From the IMG/VR virus record IMGVR_UViG_3300010158_000057: a DNA stretch of 64,000 nucleotides; one strand, written 5' to 3'. Of the stretch, positions 24,801 to 28,367 are shown piece by piece. Made by a program: the position numbers and the translations under genes. Origin of the DNA: an uncultured virus (IMG/VR IMGVR_UViG_3300010158_000057). Lineage: Duplodnaviria; Heunggongvirae; Uroviricota; Caudoviricetes. Each line of letters begins with the position of its first letter. The first letter of the stretch is position 1. The notes under the pieces were generated by a model, which saw nothing but the letters and a program-made list of their open reading frames with translations, searched no databases and was not told the origin of the DNA.

Positions 24801-27407
24801 AGCAGCTAGGAACTTTTGGATCGCGTCTATTCTTTCTTTAACTTCTTTTTTCCCAGCATCTTCCATGAAAGGGGCCGATTTACTGAATGTGCTAATTGGA
24901 ACCTTTCTTTGAAAACCAAATAACTCCAATGTAGAATCAAGTAATCCTAGTTCGTCTTTAAGTTTATTAATGGGTTGCTGCTGCATTCTTTTAACCCAGC
25001 CACCATCTGCAAATTTCTGATAAGCATCAGGATGATCAAATAAATACTCATAAAATTTATGTTTAGATTCTGCTGCACGATAATAATCAATATTTCCTAC
25101 TTGAATATCATCTATTTTATCTTTTCTTGCTTCTGTAAATTGAGATAGTAATTTTTGTTCTGATGATTTGATCTTATATCTAAATAATTTACTAATTAAA
25201 GTCTCTGGTTCTTCTTCAACAGATCTAAATTTAACTTCTGCGGGGGCTTTGCCTCTTTTTCTTCTAACATCAATAGGGAAATTGCCTCCTGCAACAGATT
25301 CTAACTGATCGTCTGAATGAGCTACAATATAGTCTTCAAAAGCTGATCCCCACCTCTTTTCTGCGCTTTTCCATAGGCTTGCTTGTGGATTCCATTTTCT
25401 TTTATTAGAACCCTTACCAAAATAAACATCTAGATAATTTTGTTTATTTTCTTGGGTTAGTTCTAAATCTCTATATGAGCTTTTTCCTCCAGCAGACTCA
25501 TTAGCAATAGCTTCAGATCTACTAATAATTTCTTTAAAATCTTTTGGCCCAAGATTTGGTTCTATTTTATTAATTTTACCAGTAACTTTATCATCTAGTT
25601 CTATGTCTTTTTTCTTTTTAGCAAATTCAAAAATAGTCTCGGGACCACCTGCTTTTGCCAACTGCTCCACTGTAAAGGTTTCTATTTTCCCACCACTACC
25701 ATATTTATTCATGCTATGTAATTTATTAACGCCCATAGCTTTTACGGCTGCTTTACGAACAACAAACTCTCCGGGAGTAAGCATTGCCGGAACACTATCA
25801 CTATCTCCTACTCCAGGAACCAAACCTCCGGTAGCAAATCCTTTCTTTGAAGAATCTTTACCTCCACCAGATAGTCCTTCATATAATCCTCCGGCAAATC
25901 GGGATATTGCTTTGGCTCCTTGTACAGCAGCAATGGCAGTAAACATTGGTAGCAAGCCTTTAGCAGCCCCGACAACCTTGATTAAGGCGCTTGTTAGCTG
26001 CAAAGCTCCAGTAACCATTGTTTGAAAAGTATTAGACGATCCTATATCTCTGAATAGTGCTAAAAATTCTTCTCTTGTTTTGGCAATTTGATTAGCTAAT
26101 GATAGTTGTGCTTTGGCAGCATCTGTGGCTAGCGAGCCTTGTCCCTGTTGAGCAACCGACAATGCTTGTTGTGCAGTAGAGAATTCTTGGATCAAAGGGA
26201 TAACTTTGCCAATCTGTCGGAAACCACCAAGTTCTTCAATGATTTTGGAAAATTTAACATCTCTAGGGTCTAATCTTGATAGTCCTTGAGAAAGTAATTC
26301 TACCGATTTATAAGCTCCAACAAATTTACCGTCAAGATTTTGTAGATTAACTCCATATTCCTTAAGAGCATCAATAGTACTTTCTCTTTGAATTCTAGTA
26401 AATATTGTTCTTAAACCTGTTGCAATAGTTTCTGCGCTTTCACGAGTTGTGGCTCGTACGCTAGTAAATACTGCAATAAATTCATTTAGAGCGTCTGTTC
26501 CTTCACTAACTCCTTTGCTTGCTGTAGCAAACACACCACCGGTTCTTTGAATGGCAGTAATAATGTCGCTGGCTTCTACAGCAAACTTAGCAGCTACTGA
26601 GTTGACCGCGCCGAGTGCTTTTTCCAGGTCGCTAGCACTAATATCAAACTGTCTCATCAAAGCAATAGATCCTTCGACCGTTTCATTCATGCTATCAAAA
26701 GATGGAGCTAGCGAACTTAATGCTAATGCTTTAAGGGCTTTTTCTGTATCTCTAGCACTCAAGCCTGCCTGTGCTAATGTAGAAGCAATATCCACCAACT
26801 CTGCTGATGATGTTCCAAGACCAGCAGATAAACTAGTAATTACTCTGCCCAAAGATTTTAATCCTTCAGCACTTTCTCCAGTAACTTGCTGTAGTTTAAC
26901 AAACTCTTTATCAAAAGAGATAAATTCTGATGTTCCTTTACCAACAGCACTAACTAGTCCATAAATAACACTTGTAACACTGCTAAATGCAGCAAATCTT
27001 CTTACCGCCAAACCAGCTTGCTTGCCGAACTCTTGCATACTAGAAGAAGATTCTTGTATTGCTTGAGATGTCGCTGCTTGAGTACTAGATAGATTTTTAG
27101 CAGCTTGGTTGGCTTGGTTTAATTGATTACTATATTGACTAACAGAATTACCCTGGCTCATGGCTGAAGTAAATTTGGATACGGCCGTTGCTGCCGCTGT
27201 TGCTGATACTTGGGTGTCTTTAAATGTTTGATTAAGAGATTTTAAAGAGGCATCCAACTGTGATACATTCTTGGCCGCATTAGGATCAAGAGTAAACTTA
27301 ACTGTAGTATTGATATTCCCAAGTTGATTTTTAATACTGGATACTATTGATCCAATATTAGATGGTCCCTTGAGATTTAGTTGTGCTGTTAAATTAAATG
27401 CTGCCAT
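3825..27407 (-). CDS. Giant tail tape measure protein with multiple embedded enzyme-like domains (polyvalent/polyprotein-like)
   Basis: Uninterrupted 7,860-aa ORF directly after the tail tube and chaperone genes. N-terminus has typical TMP core motifs (TLAQAG, VAAKFAVEASDI, TTRESAETIATGLRTIFTRI, GGFRQIGKVIPLI). Confidence 0.92.
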   Translation of the reverse strand: MAAFNLTAQLNLKGPSNIGSIVSSIKNQLGNINTTVKFTLDPNAAKNVSQLDASLKSLNQTFKDTQVSATAAATAVSKFTSAMSQGNSVSQYSNQLNQANQAAKNLSSTQAATSQAIQESSSSMQEFGKQAGLAVRRFAAFSSVTSVIYGLVSAVGKGTSEFISFDKEFVKLQQVTGESAEGLKSLGRVITSLSAGLGTSSAELVDIASTLAQAGLSARDTEKALKALALSSLAPSFDSMNETVEGSIALMRQFDISASDLEKALGAVNSVAAKFAVEASDIITAIQRTGGVFATASKGVSEGTDALNEFIAVFTSVRATTRESAETIATGLRTIFTRIQRESTIDALKEYGVNLQNLDGKFVGAYKSVELLSQGLSRLDPRDVKFSKIIEELGGFRQIGKVIPLIQEFSTAQQALSVAQQGQGSLATDAAKAQLSLANQIAKTREEFLALFRDIGSSNTFQTMVTGALQLTSALIKVVGAAKGLLPMFTAIAAVQGAKAISRFAGGLYEGLSGGGKDSSKKGFATGGLVPGVGDSDSVPAMLTPGEFVVRKAAVKAMGVNKLHSMNKYGSGGKIETFTVEQLAKAGGPETIFEFAKKKKDIELDDKVTGKINKIEPNLGPKDFKEIISRSEAIANESAGGKSSYRDLELTQENKQNYLDVYFGKGSNKRKWNPQASLWKSAEKRWGSAFEDYIVAHSDDQLESVAGGNFPIDVRRKRGKAPAEVKFRSVEEEPETLISKLFRYKIKSSEQKLLSQFTEARKDKIDDIQVGNIDYYRAAESKHKFYEYLFDHPDAYQKFADGGWVKRMQQQPINKLKDELGLLDSTLELFGFQRKVPISTFSKSAPFMEDAGKKEVKERIDAIQKFLAAKEPQKGKEVEKEITLPKAPSNISDHLKSLIAENKTYEITRGVYGGVVKQALNEAYRGNLGPGNKQENIDKVGPKSIVRYNPDREYVDVPLSVLENDVKYIDKVKSLEGRDVENLTANKGYSVSDMLDTIRAYQAIGLDGALNPALGRKEDLSQSLADVAGLNKTKRKKLGPAVDQPLSYFAGSLDAAMQFSLPEKLYSGIGASKQKLFIESAGVKINKLEDTKKLVGKTVSIPSFLSTSEVPATAESFARTGMMTIETNKKSKGLSPERAKTETINRDKSKTRKIDQRLISDSYGKGKADENYADDYDIESEYILPRNSQFKVKNIEANDNSTEGGNLLESLNMDWAVKMLSRGGKAQKFADGGVAQRKVGYIDYDVIANPDNEAVVKKGMEATGMTGPRLYTDHLTQLAIQARKESSLDKLRAIYGVAGSGKTTLARGQGTDSGTLRQTERFPILSPEDIQRATEVLVLSSSVSKDKLDNVFGETDRTYTLSSTTKEEREGVRSRRVGRDISGIGLENRKPGSTTNVATDTAVSEALLSDRLGNRSTVLGRSESGRLRRKQGDELVDVVKKKIGFTWGGYSPMTAGHESILDAAAAMGIPPEDFIYMVGSNEGIVPGKEQSYRTAIFDQDTRVLLAKAGAGARGATVLPKPRDFEVPQAFDLSEPGERRKVLVPAKGSTTFVADKDPKETEKYKTAGYKVKNIERTGGISGTMVRDLIKEGNLGELQKVLSPGVYDLISRNIGRIQNRSKILPSIIEEVKQTQGVKLADIEQQIKTVGISRIDNKKAETDPEYAAKVEALKELREKRDNIKSSASFEPHKLLAALAVKQPEKYGLDLSTTLDDVSAPMRTMSFGAVQRFLDGGWVQRMQSQKKSTLKEDLKFLQSAMVFSDETGSYVPTYAKENEKEVVDAKEMLERYNAMSQFITGPRSAKSALKPTGGYNSQELLDAVTYYQAGSGPLTRAMVNNDFIFTDRNEAYDTEDLVGRLSAASQYKLPKKLYSGLGRGQFNEILKDTNISPDDLIGQTSKSIESMIGKTVDFPTFLSASVNPNMAEGFVGDPGSLFSIDSSKSKSLGIDILKAKGTSPTDASPTSRRLPGLDKIKQHKIAGYDQEKEFVLQPNSQFKILKASGNISEDLKEKLSGIKKKKEQKSFAAKSDTGEEFTVYEPDFEAGISEILNEKSRINIQAQMLSLGGKAQRFSEGGRTLSPLLQSIYDSMKDKPEWLKEFGLPDSVTTDVPAKTIAQLYSGKNFPTDPSLGMFAGKPISIDNVNAVWRKSFASSMTPEKTANYTAAKNYLAQELKDDTTEQTKLTIRDVNKSTKLGIVGLQPTDKKEIQGPMKLGDKNVTLFIAGLSSEYDTAVKNMRRGVEGVVNQFGSDIQDTKIFGSSEKYAFDFDETLVTGADIVDANGNPDIPKYSDFEAVRESMKNAELTQLGKKLKKLIAQDPSFLKKSRILTARPQETAGILAETLQRLELPFQVSDITGVSKPIGESKLDIADETTKRINNTTIAKAKAQDVKQLEALIDDNLQNVTETRKAGKKAFHYTELKDLTQEEKSASGFPNIEGAITQSVMTVMGATGGLIQNGAVDYENGLGPAAQYFPGIGSDWPTEVKRTLDSNAISDAKKEFTRYYKENGNKGILAQAFADGGLAETPQKEKEYGKISITMATGGKVNKHLEQYRQVLSSILPPEMLTEDGMLKMPSGEGKSIHITPPVQKTLFQKLGLASYDSGKAYYSGGLDYKSLRHLLNKRRSELPPIEAEGLDKFISQNLAFIGNEDEISLRGAKHKGVLAHETFHDIQGFLYDNHPKIMDKLISSVGSEKDNIERWYKDPTNKKFTEKGNYQFKQLFPDSSSNSPYGTDLGDSARSAVTKAKRFKGDKTISSDHLLSLLIDNQKQLGANETVPVLLGAASEGNKQAAEILSKVFENAGLKPDFMDTLPKFAAGGMVPGVGNGDTVPAMLNVGDFVIRKSSVNSIGPDKLASMAGYAAGGSVSDKVPALLTPGEFVFSKTAAQKIGYPKLHSMNKVGKFASGGAVGLRVGYADGGAIQDLGKFLSVVSSMLNSIPTRAMSIRPNTIDSSTTKINDSSTIDALSLLGKALENVGVKTSETAALVKRGGDISYKATIDAMEADLERAKIAGLSSKQIIALEDVIKLTREKSTQAVANKQFLEKSFSNSDTGKKLGSGAAQQAILTKASELEPKIRENTEYSNRLSLMGSGLSSQQIAATAKSMTDTPESREKIKSKSIIAATEEVTGVDRKEFTKQHLEASDIQQYIAQSMLDRKTLTQMDRQVLADKMDELQRTKAFKQASFEEQKKMLDQIRAQAKQETSQRREVLDPIAKEKGLPGLKEGSIPQSLSGIFSSKAGLAGLGLLATAPGLIEAFGPSAKTSSSASFMGGLRGAGETASAGLTLAGQLPGAAGPILAATAIATLASAAIKARNAFIEFEKNLANRQLEVSLSNLQQLFAELAKDTKDIRIQNQISSEIQKGAGNVSRLEQIDSSFPKAFFANGLDALFASRDSRDKGTANGTQASSDRSKILEKFGTAAYYRSTGFGQANFGLNAIGADARADKNRKMYLEMMAPEEAQERAKRSSALSESSQAFILNKAKSGKTATEISKEPDYEVLARNIALANNAVQEQILAIERSNLVNKEAAKTSIIRQYAEEQLIKITRQAQQERAMELSERAGRQFSMSFDRMFANMNQSIMSTNNSLDIFSDRLDSSINAFGGQASIGKTNLDTINTLKTPNISSSASFASAASTGSSLFGTENKLVESILVLGRDLESSLMSTINKTIQTNPRASDTKISSDIENSINNLLGKSNLPPDLTAQLSKSIGIGITEIRRKEGEGTKDRKIDFAELLRAIPGLKDTVDALKTTNNSVIASLENYQTVLDKFTQKLEMSSEKLREAAERRFKADDIVIDSSIQLAKTFGSDINPALGNVLRNQRTSRMTGGVTDPNDLLVQINQLQSRSTNQRDNLNELKNRSIGQPGAINAIIDNEKALSRTNYQLNQTYTALKNLADSGDAASNALSAIQAAQQKQAGKVSLIEKLVGSAPDELDTFNRALVRLQRTAGGERLYQTADQRKEILSVLNDITPLMGSNQEAHNFKANTLENLLQTSGIGLNPQFQSIINSIRNPEADPAVKQATEEYKNAVQVQSEANRAIAELNTNISTKLVEDMSKALKDSITNTRVKFDEGQIKDIVAGIRSATTVVAPGAPVARASGGIIYSAAGSYVDFQPQGTDTVPAMLTPGEFVMSKPAVDRIGSGTLSRMNKGYSNGGQVSYYADGGYVSSLLQNKYVDRSTGEPLIRKTGTFSIDNGTQNYPNLSEEFTTGSLNTFKNLQILPSFGAGTASGQIDSSGKKNETHTIGYSDQPNLGYGVPPSATYLAWFFSQKEEKNRGAYKYTEPAGAGTPSIVPLGVFLSPGTTTKSILDEKPLIFDGPELEAKKKFEQYIEKLTEVNRLLPTKIEQKNDAYDISVGAANFNIPSPDSINNAIKEFPSVSTTGKPGEFSIKGMSKPVSGYVGLYSDRSSGLPTVDGLLGNLGAGHSEENLPDIVLQRLGKDIMGISPQTRGTSNTNGFTGAGKKSEYDYSVTPPKIVDYGLSKSFMDGWISGLGKKPQTIKLPGSDMSSLVSLRQKITGEKYINDLKNKKLTAKEAEYEAVIAKKLKRISDKTESSVDINNDYFDLKKLGSDSDSVNVFSISTGEWPPYVKMLQQSINNSKNKETLEKLSYYGKDPTKLPFDVWPEGDFTKLQQFGWMDSGLEFDKATAAQVTRKVEDRAKQANPDIIENSITGKIKLNDPQLELPYRLNYSQNNKPTWWDTKTNSKSGKPIVDGFDSLYLLNAGGETAGAKGSTDNILQLLNTGDKRLFATSNGLEKYIPDQLSEQINNDPKLLAYLKSAMANGYDSKETQTLERSNLDGLFKLKLNKNLLGLLTKADAPGGFGDQFKETGDIFSGDIQFFLRDYIVETAKKLSSDKKATQLTDSKKKFGNSRDTSKLVGFDEGQEFAGASLALVLGAEELFGSGGEFELPGILPQNWFKPMLPTQFNSIYDMPQGLIREGMGRLGSWLSDASGRVEKYITPEMAQRDPRQYDKIIRAQTYMRGALSAFSSFEKEATGEVKRFFDPDLFKGPPTPNGNPAAIKQAIDMFQSLETNNKSSSFSINDKSAGSNPYFAAMDKAALTPDKRNRVSEDLKGSKIDKSSNNKDTIDLQEFNPLDLDNASYRNIFTYALNPYNQYTNRDIRAKFFDEFITRIPTATRSNGAPLFSVTEGARYGGALKSLKSWFGGKGNDDAMIPVKANKDWEGIDYLYDQTANKTVSFGDRLTSLDNSLAPNFYDANKYAFDFVGGTGMFGELPDLSNYEKRKVEYKNQGGLIYASQGQLINFEPKGTDTIPAMLSPGEFVVNSGATARNLPLLNSINKNKGGKIGYYKDGGVVDNESLSLLMTQMKITEKLSSSQKSISDSSSSDLASPLLRISNDNEIISIGILQSILKTLEDIKDSTLTCCTGKDIGKPLDIATTLPSQVRPVAPLDIKPPVTAEEGITEGFSPPIPPIPLPDLPIPNKPDFEPIPFPEVEPIVPEMPTMPEMPLPDVREPISTPEDIRPKTMPQMPVMPQPEVVLPKKPAYTEPFPVENFSPSLLPGFPKNPTAPTYENGPTGIDSPFFDPNSLPDRKKPLTISKVAKEADITRQEAITGREKTDLDTSKSEDIIKESEARRAYNRETQTAQSARAGNVLSSGISRANGAITAIKGAQEIKEAGTSYDAFRGGLSVVDGIGDLAGASAPPLAAAGDAAGLTRNSLDFYNNPETRLQSGLGIANDATSLTLRAAQTTSLMAPAGSLASQIAAPLGAVGGVAELGRGAVAGAYDTSNEAKLRTAVENIIIGAATGDATTGGSSLAGAANAFGANIQQGGMVDTQLAAGESSLRLAGIGATLGTFVAPGPGTAIGGAGGAVVGAGAELYKSGSAYARESAQAQQLQVRTDQMVKSSKTQEYVTGSDGTVTKQSKNPDSFNFGLDAQESSLVRSIATLTAQISSLRQLEEKGQMQVEEKPIRDAIAEKEQTLYAQRSGLKELATQKTNDENTTFFRLGPDSPIVKEKLDKYQSLVGRAIEELGSSLSDNIKPESLPPLEVEPQTSLIAAKHKAIGGVVYASMGALFSPKGTDTIPAMLSPGEFVVNSQATQNNLPLLQAMNSGNSTIYRSTGSKNPEGGIKFGPNKPILQAIDELEQSGHLEEATLNNISKYFGGGEAPKSKIVDYSGVLKNREYRRTQKEAREVGSTSLFNPQGSNSFVFSLSERKKYPNAGQYVRELGYPRHKKWEDILNNAPGTNITEKLSTLVDSDLNYVASSYFSRESGTYTEFLDYVIAAAKQLSMVKQKKAEKKKHEDYVRVVEEANTGKLRNYEAGNVRGMDLHYNMLGIGSKNSEKQIEHLDTEIKTLLLSDINPIDFNTRGKAERNDAESFFKYRADALQSTAPTYSNIYKEAASTEADIDDWYTARILPQQSRDWTYTEGRKWVDYLGIPENRDEALVGAIGLMTKILPGVLGVAGAGLGFVLGGGPTPIGFGTAAVGGLGGTLAGEGLNWAIAQGISAILPEDMMESIKEKIKKHPENYEAGRWVGFGGELLGGTLYAEPIERLVHRGVGQFMAKRGMAGAEHHLTHSVDMHAVQENMTKQLGKKAYEASTKEGPYAAVVRSEKIAPPTTNGSLALESPLVPGAKGTTRYRPVTSGGSSIPEQLALFKENLKTAIKKYVDNRGKVEIFENGQQTFQSVTAQKMLDDFGMVFSKAPLSVFDDNSAKFLQEALTSKPELYASLKEAINNSPISGFSSQLDNALSNKPNTQWSEALTKIREALEEKIKLKGILPPEEAARSAETSFQEILTQAGISSPRSAGASVSNFELPNLPGQTLGLVRQEYLKDAVVKKTSELGSLRMTLARAIHTIGEKWKEEGLISFMEKQMHHYLVPHKHDHDHGDEHGEAHGAEHGGGHGAEHGGGHGAEHGDTHGDEHKAAGHYNGGLIYASTGKYINFQPKGTDTVPAMLTPGEFVINARSTAQHLPLLKAINSGADVSSPDTMNKGGVVYLVGGGRAPSGATPAGKQAIPVPLTRQQRVNRVNDIGTPSRINSANLDPDTGEIRWPVVLRDRPYTILRDSLQKSFKRLAESGTTDSYEDYNNTLTDFKELRYQLKENVDKYRGKDAGNYGKSVSYLQSLEREYRIAAGDGPTGDQRDWRKKKNPIPVAGAPAGAPAGAPAGAPAGAPAPLSQDPREKAAQELAEKNNRIAASGMAPRLDEKDIKLDWTEKKDGSKQFERTAKINWPVVLRDGVFSSDRTAIEKAMTRHVGYDDSIQAFNEFKSRLKSRVGEYDAGDYGRSRTFLDSLQREYDMMIKSGTWDLGGKKKPDWRKPKEKPADPAQAAPDPAQVPDPNAPLANPFNRREQANAQRVEKNNRMAQTFALPRITTDTNMPVSIDTDTGSIRWPLELGRQKYSQHTGNIQDLFKKMVKIRKDAEDTGDRPVVDHSIYQTGLSEFKDLKDLLKENVHVVDSSNYGESRSFLDSLEQEFIIAAKNGGNVGGDKKPDWRRSKTTPDKPPAGETQEQKARREKKEKNDRVSEMGQSPRTNDTVLNPGTGEIQWTMALTDSEYARNRSAIQKAFEDMVNSGGGEDVDYDTYQNVSGQFQEFKNSFRANQSKYSSSDYGESRTFLDSLEREYDVAANNGSNIGVDGSSWREPKNLATGGLVYSNNQALQNSSNHYASGGIVYANNGALIDAQASGTDTVPAMLTPGEFVVNRNSAQKFMPVLNAINGGAYSAGGIVNYLANGGFVQPHYLSRGNENPIGAMSQISNSSGVLNNSVGQNMVMAKPAWVDEFIGQAQEISKAIGNALTDVTSKLNSVGSTMTESAQKLANTSKAISETKFPDEIVLTHSGHIITDMLPERVNDIVKRSIDTSVAISNDNINNSIAGVNKNLMKSTEGAIGRQTA
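4575..6460 (-). repeat. Four tandem ~130-aa domains near the TMP C-terminus
   Basis: Each has approximately R...TGxIxWP..L...YGxSRxFLDSLE(R/Q)EY...DWR. Copies at about 6063-6460, 5545-5943, 5010-5435 and 4575-4952. An (APAG)n linker lies at about 5992-6055. Confidence 0.9.
6730..6895 (-). repeat. His/Gly-rich tract within the TMP
   Basis: HHYLVPHKHDHDHGDEHGEAHGAEHGGGHGAEHGGGHGAEHGDTHGDEH, with a 24-bp direct repeat at DNA level. Confidence 0.9.
18972..19781 (-). other. TMP domain: HExxH zincin-like metallopeptidase
   Basis: VLAHETFHDIQ at about 19404-19418, with a downstream NE (GANETV) as a possible third ligand. Confidence 0.6.
19865..20120 (-). other. TMP domain: second PD-(D/E)xK-like segment (degenerate)
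   Basis: NIEGAITQ...AVDY...PTEVKRT parallels the first copy (GSAFE...PIDV...AEVKFR). Confidence 0.4.
20150..20640 (-). other. TMP domain: HAD-superfamily phosphatase
   Basis: Motif I YAFDFDETL (about 20601-20615), motif II ILTAR, motif IV LIDDNLQN. Confidence 0.75.
21230..22208 (-). other. TMP domain: ADP-ribosyltransferase-fold module 2 (VIP2/C3/Alt-like)
   Basis: YYQAGS...KLYSGLG...GKTVDFPTFLSAS...AEGF...QEKEFVLQPNSQFKI. Confidence 0.75.
22540..23090 (-). other. TMP domain: HIGH-class (cytidylyltransferase/NMNAT-like) nucleotidyltransferase
   Basis: IGFTWGGYSPMTAGHE ((T/H)xGH motif) and C-terminal RTGGISGTMVR (ISxT.xR motif). Confidence 0.75.
23130..23700 (-). other. TMP domain: P-loop (nucleotide/polynucleotide kinase-like) domain
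   Basis: Walker A RAIYGVAGSGKTTLAR at about 23496-23522, plus an Arg-rich lid-like segment (REGVRSRR). Confidence 0.65.
23760..24998 (-). other. TMP domain: ADP-ribosyltransferase-fold module 1 (VIP2/C3/Alt-like)
   Basis: IRAYQ...LNPAL...KLYSGIG...GKTVSIPSFLSTS...AESFA...IESEYILPRNSQFKV. Confidence 0.8.
25015..25690 (-). other. TMP domain: PD-(D/E)xK (restriction-endonuclease fold)-like nuclease
   Basis: WGSAFEDYI...FPIDV...AEVKFR gives the E...D...ExK catalytic pattern. Confidence 0.55.
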
Positions 27408-27424
27408 TTATTTTGTCCCTATAG

Positions 27425-27465
27425 AAAGCAAAATCCCCAAACAGTTGCCTGAGAGGGGATAATGC
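27425..27465 (-). terminator. Hairpin (ATCCCC/GGGGAT outer stem, CAG-GCAA-CTG inner loop) followed by TTTTGCTTT, just upstream of the TMP
   Basis: Minus strand reads ATCCCCTCTCAGGCAACTGTTTGGGGATTTTGCTTT. Confidence 0.55.
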
Positions 27466-27491
27466 CAGAGAAGATAATTAACCAAAAACTA

Positions 27492-28367
27492 TTACGCTGC
27501 GGGTGGTGTGACACTATCTGTTGTTGTAGGTGGAGCATCGCTGGACACAACAGTGTCAGGCTTAACATCCTCGTCAAGAACGATGGGGTTCCCACTATCA
27601 TCCAGGAATGGTTTCGCTTCAACAACATAGTCTCCTTGTGCGTCTACTTTATTGCCAAACTTGTCAACAAAACTACCCTGATCATCAATATATCGTCCAG
27701 TCTCATCGATTAGTCTTCCTTCACTATCGATTAGTCGTCCTTTCTTATCCACCAATCTTAGTTTGTCGTCAACAAACCTGTACTTTTTCAAAAACTTATT
27801 TTCTGGCAATGTTGACTCATAATCATTATCAAGACCATATAACATATTAGCCAAATTTTGAGCAGCTAATACTGAAATTGATTCTCCTGCACGATTAAGG
27901 TAGTCTTCCATGTTCGAAAAATATGTTTGCTTAGTATCATTATACACCAAACATGCTGATACAAGATAGTTAAACCTAGCATTATCTGCTTGACCTTCAG
28001 CACTATGATTATCCAGAGAAGTTCTAACACTAATAAGATCTCGAATCTCTTCTCGTGTTCGGCGCATCTTAACTGCTAGGTCTTTAGCCTCATTTAAACT
28101 GAAGCCACCCTTTGCTAGTTTCTTTTCTCCGTCTAGGAGTTCTCTTTGAAGTGCCGTGAACTTGGCCTGTTTCTCGTCATTCCATAGTCCTTGGTCCTGT
28201 AGCAGATCGTCTAGCTTCGCCCTAACCACACTCTTCGACTTTACAGCATCGGTAAAGGCTTGATTATATACCTTTTGTCCTTCTCTCTGGTCTGTTAGGG
28301 AGGGGCTACGAACTAAAAATTCCTTCTCAACACCATCTACGGTCGCAGTAAAAGTTTTTGTCTTCAT
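27492..28367 (-). CDS. Putative tail assembly chaperone
   Basis: 291 aa, helical, immediately upstream of the TMP. C-terminal D-x-x-G-R-L-I repeats. Confidence 0.6.
   Translation of the reverse strand: MKTKTFTATVDGVEKEFLVRSPSLTDQREGQKVYNQAFTDAVKSKSVVRAKLDDLLQDQGLWNDEKQAKFTALQRELLDGEKKLAKGGFSLNEAKDLAVKMRRTREEIRDLISVRTSLDNHSAEGQADNARFNYLVSACLVYNDTKQTYFSNMEDYLNRAGESISVLAAQNLANMLYGLDNDYESTLPENKFLKKYRFVDDKLRLVDKKGRLIDSEGRLIDETGRYIDDQGSFVDKFGNKVDAQGDYVVEAKPFLDDSGNPIVLDEDVKPDTVVSSDAPPTTTDSVTPPAA

Noticed and set aside
3825..27407. Inteins or stop-codon recoding as the cause of the giant ORF
   Set aside because: No intein-like C...HN(C/S/T) boundaries or LAGLIDADG motifs were noticed. Genes are intact in the standard code, and TAA, TAG and TGA all act as stops.
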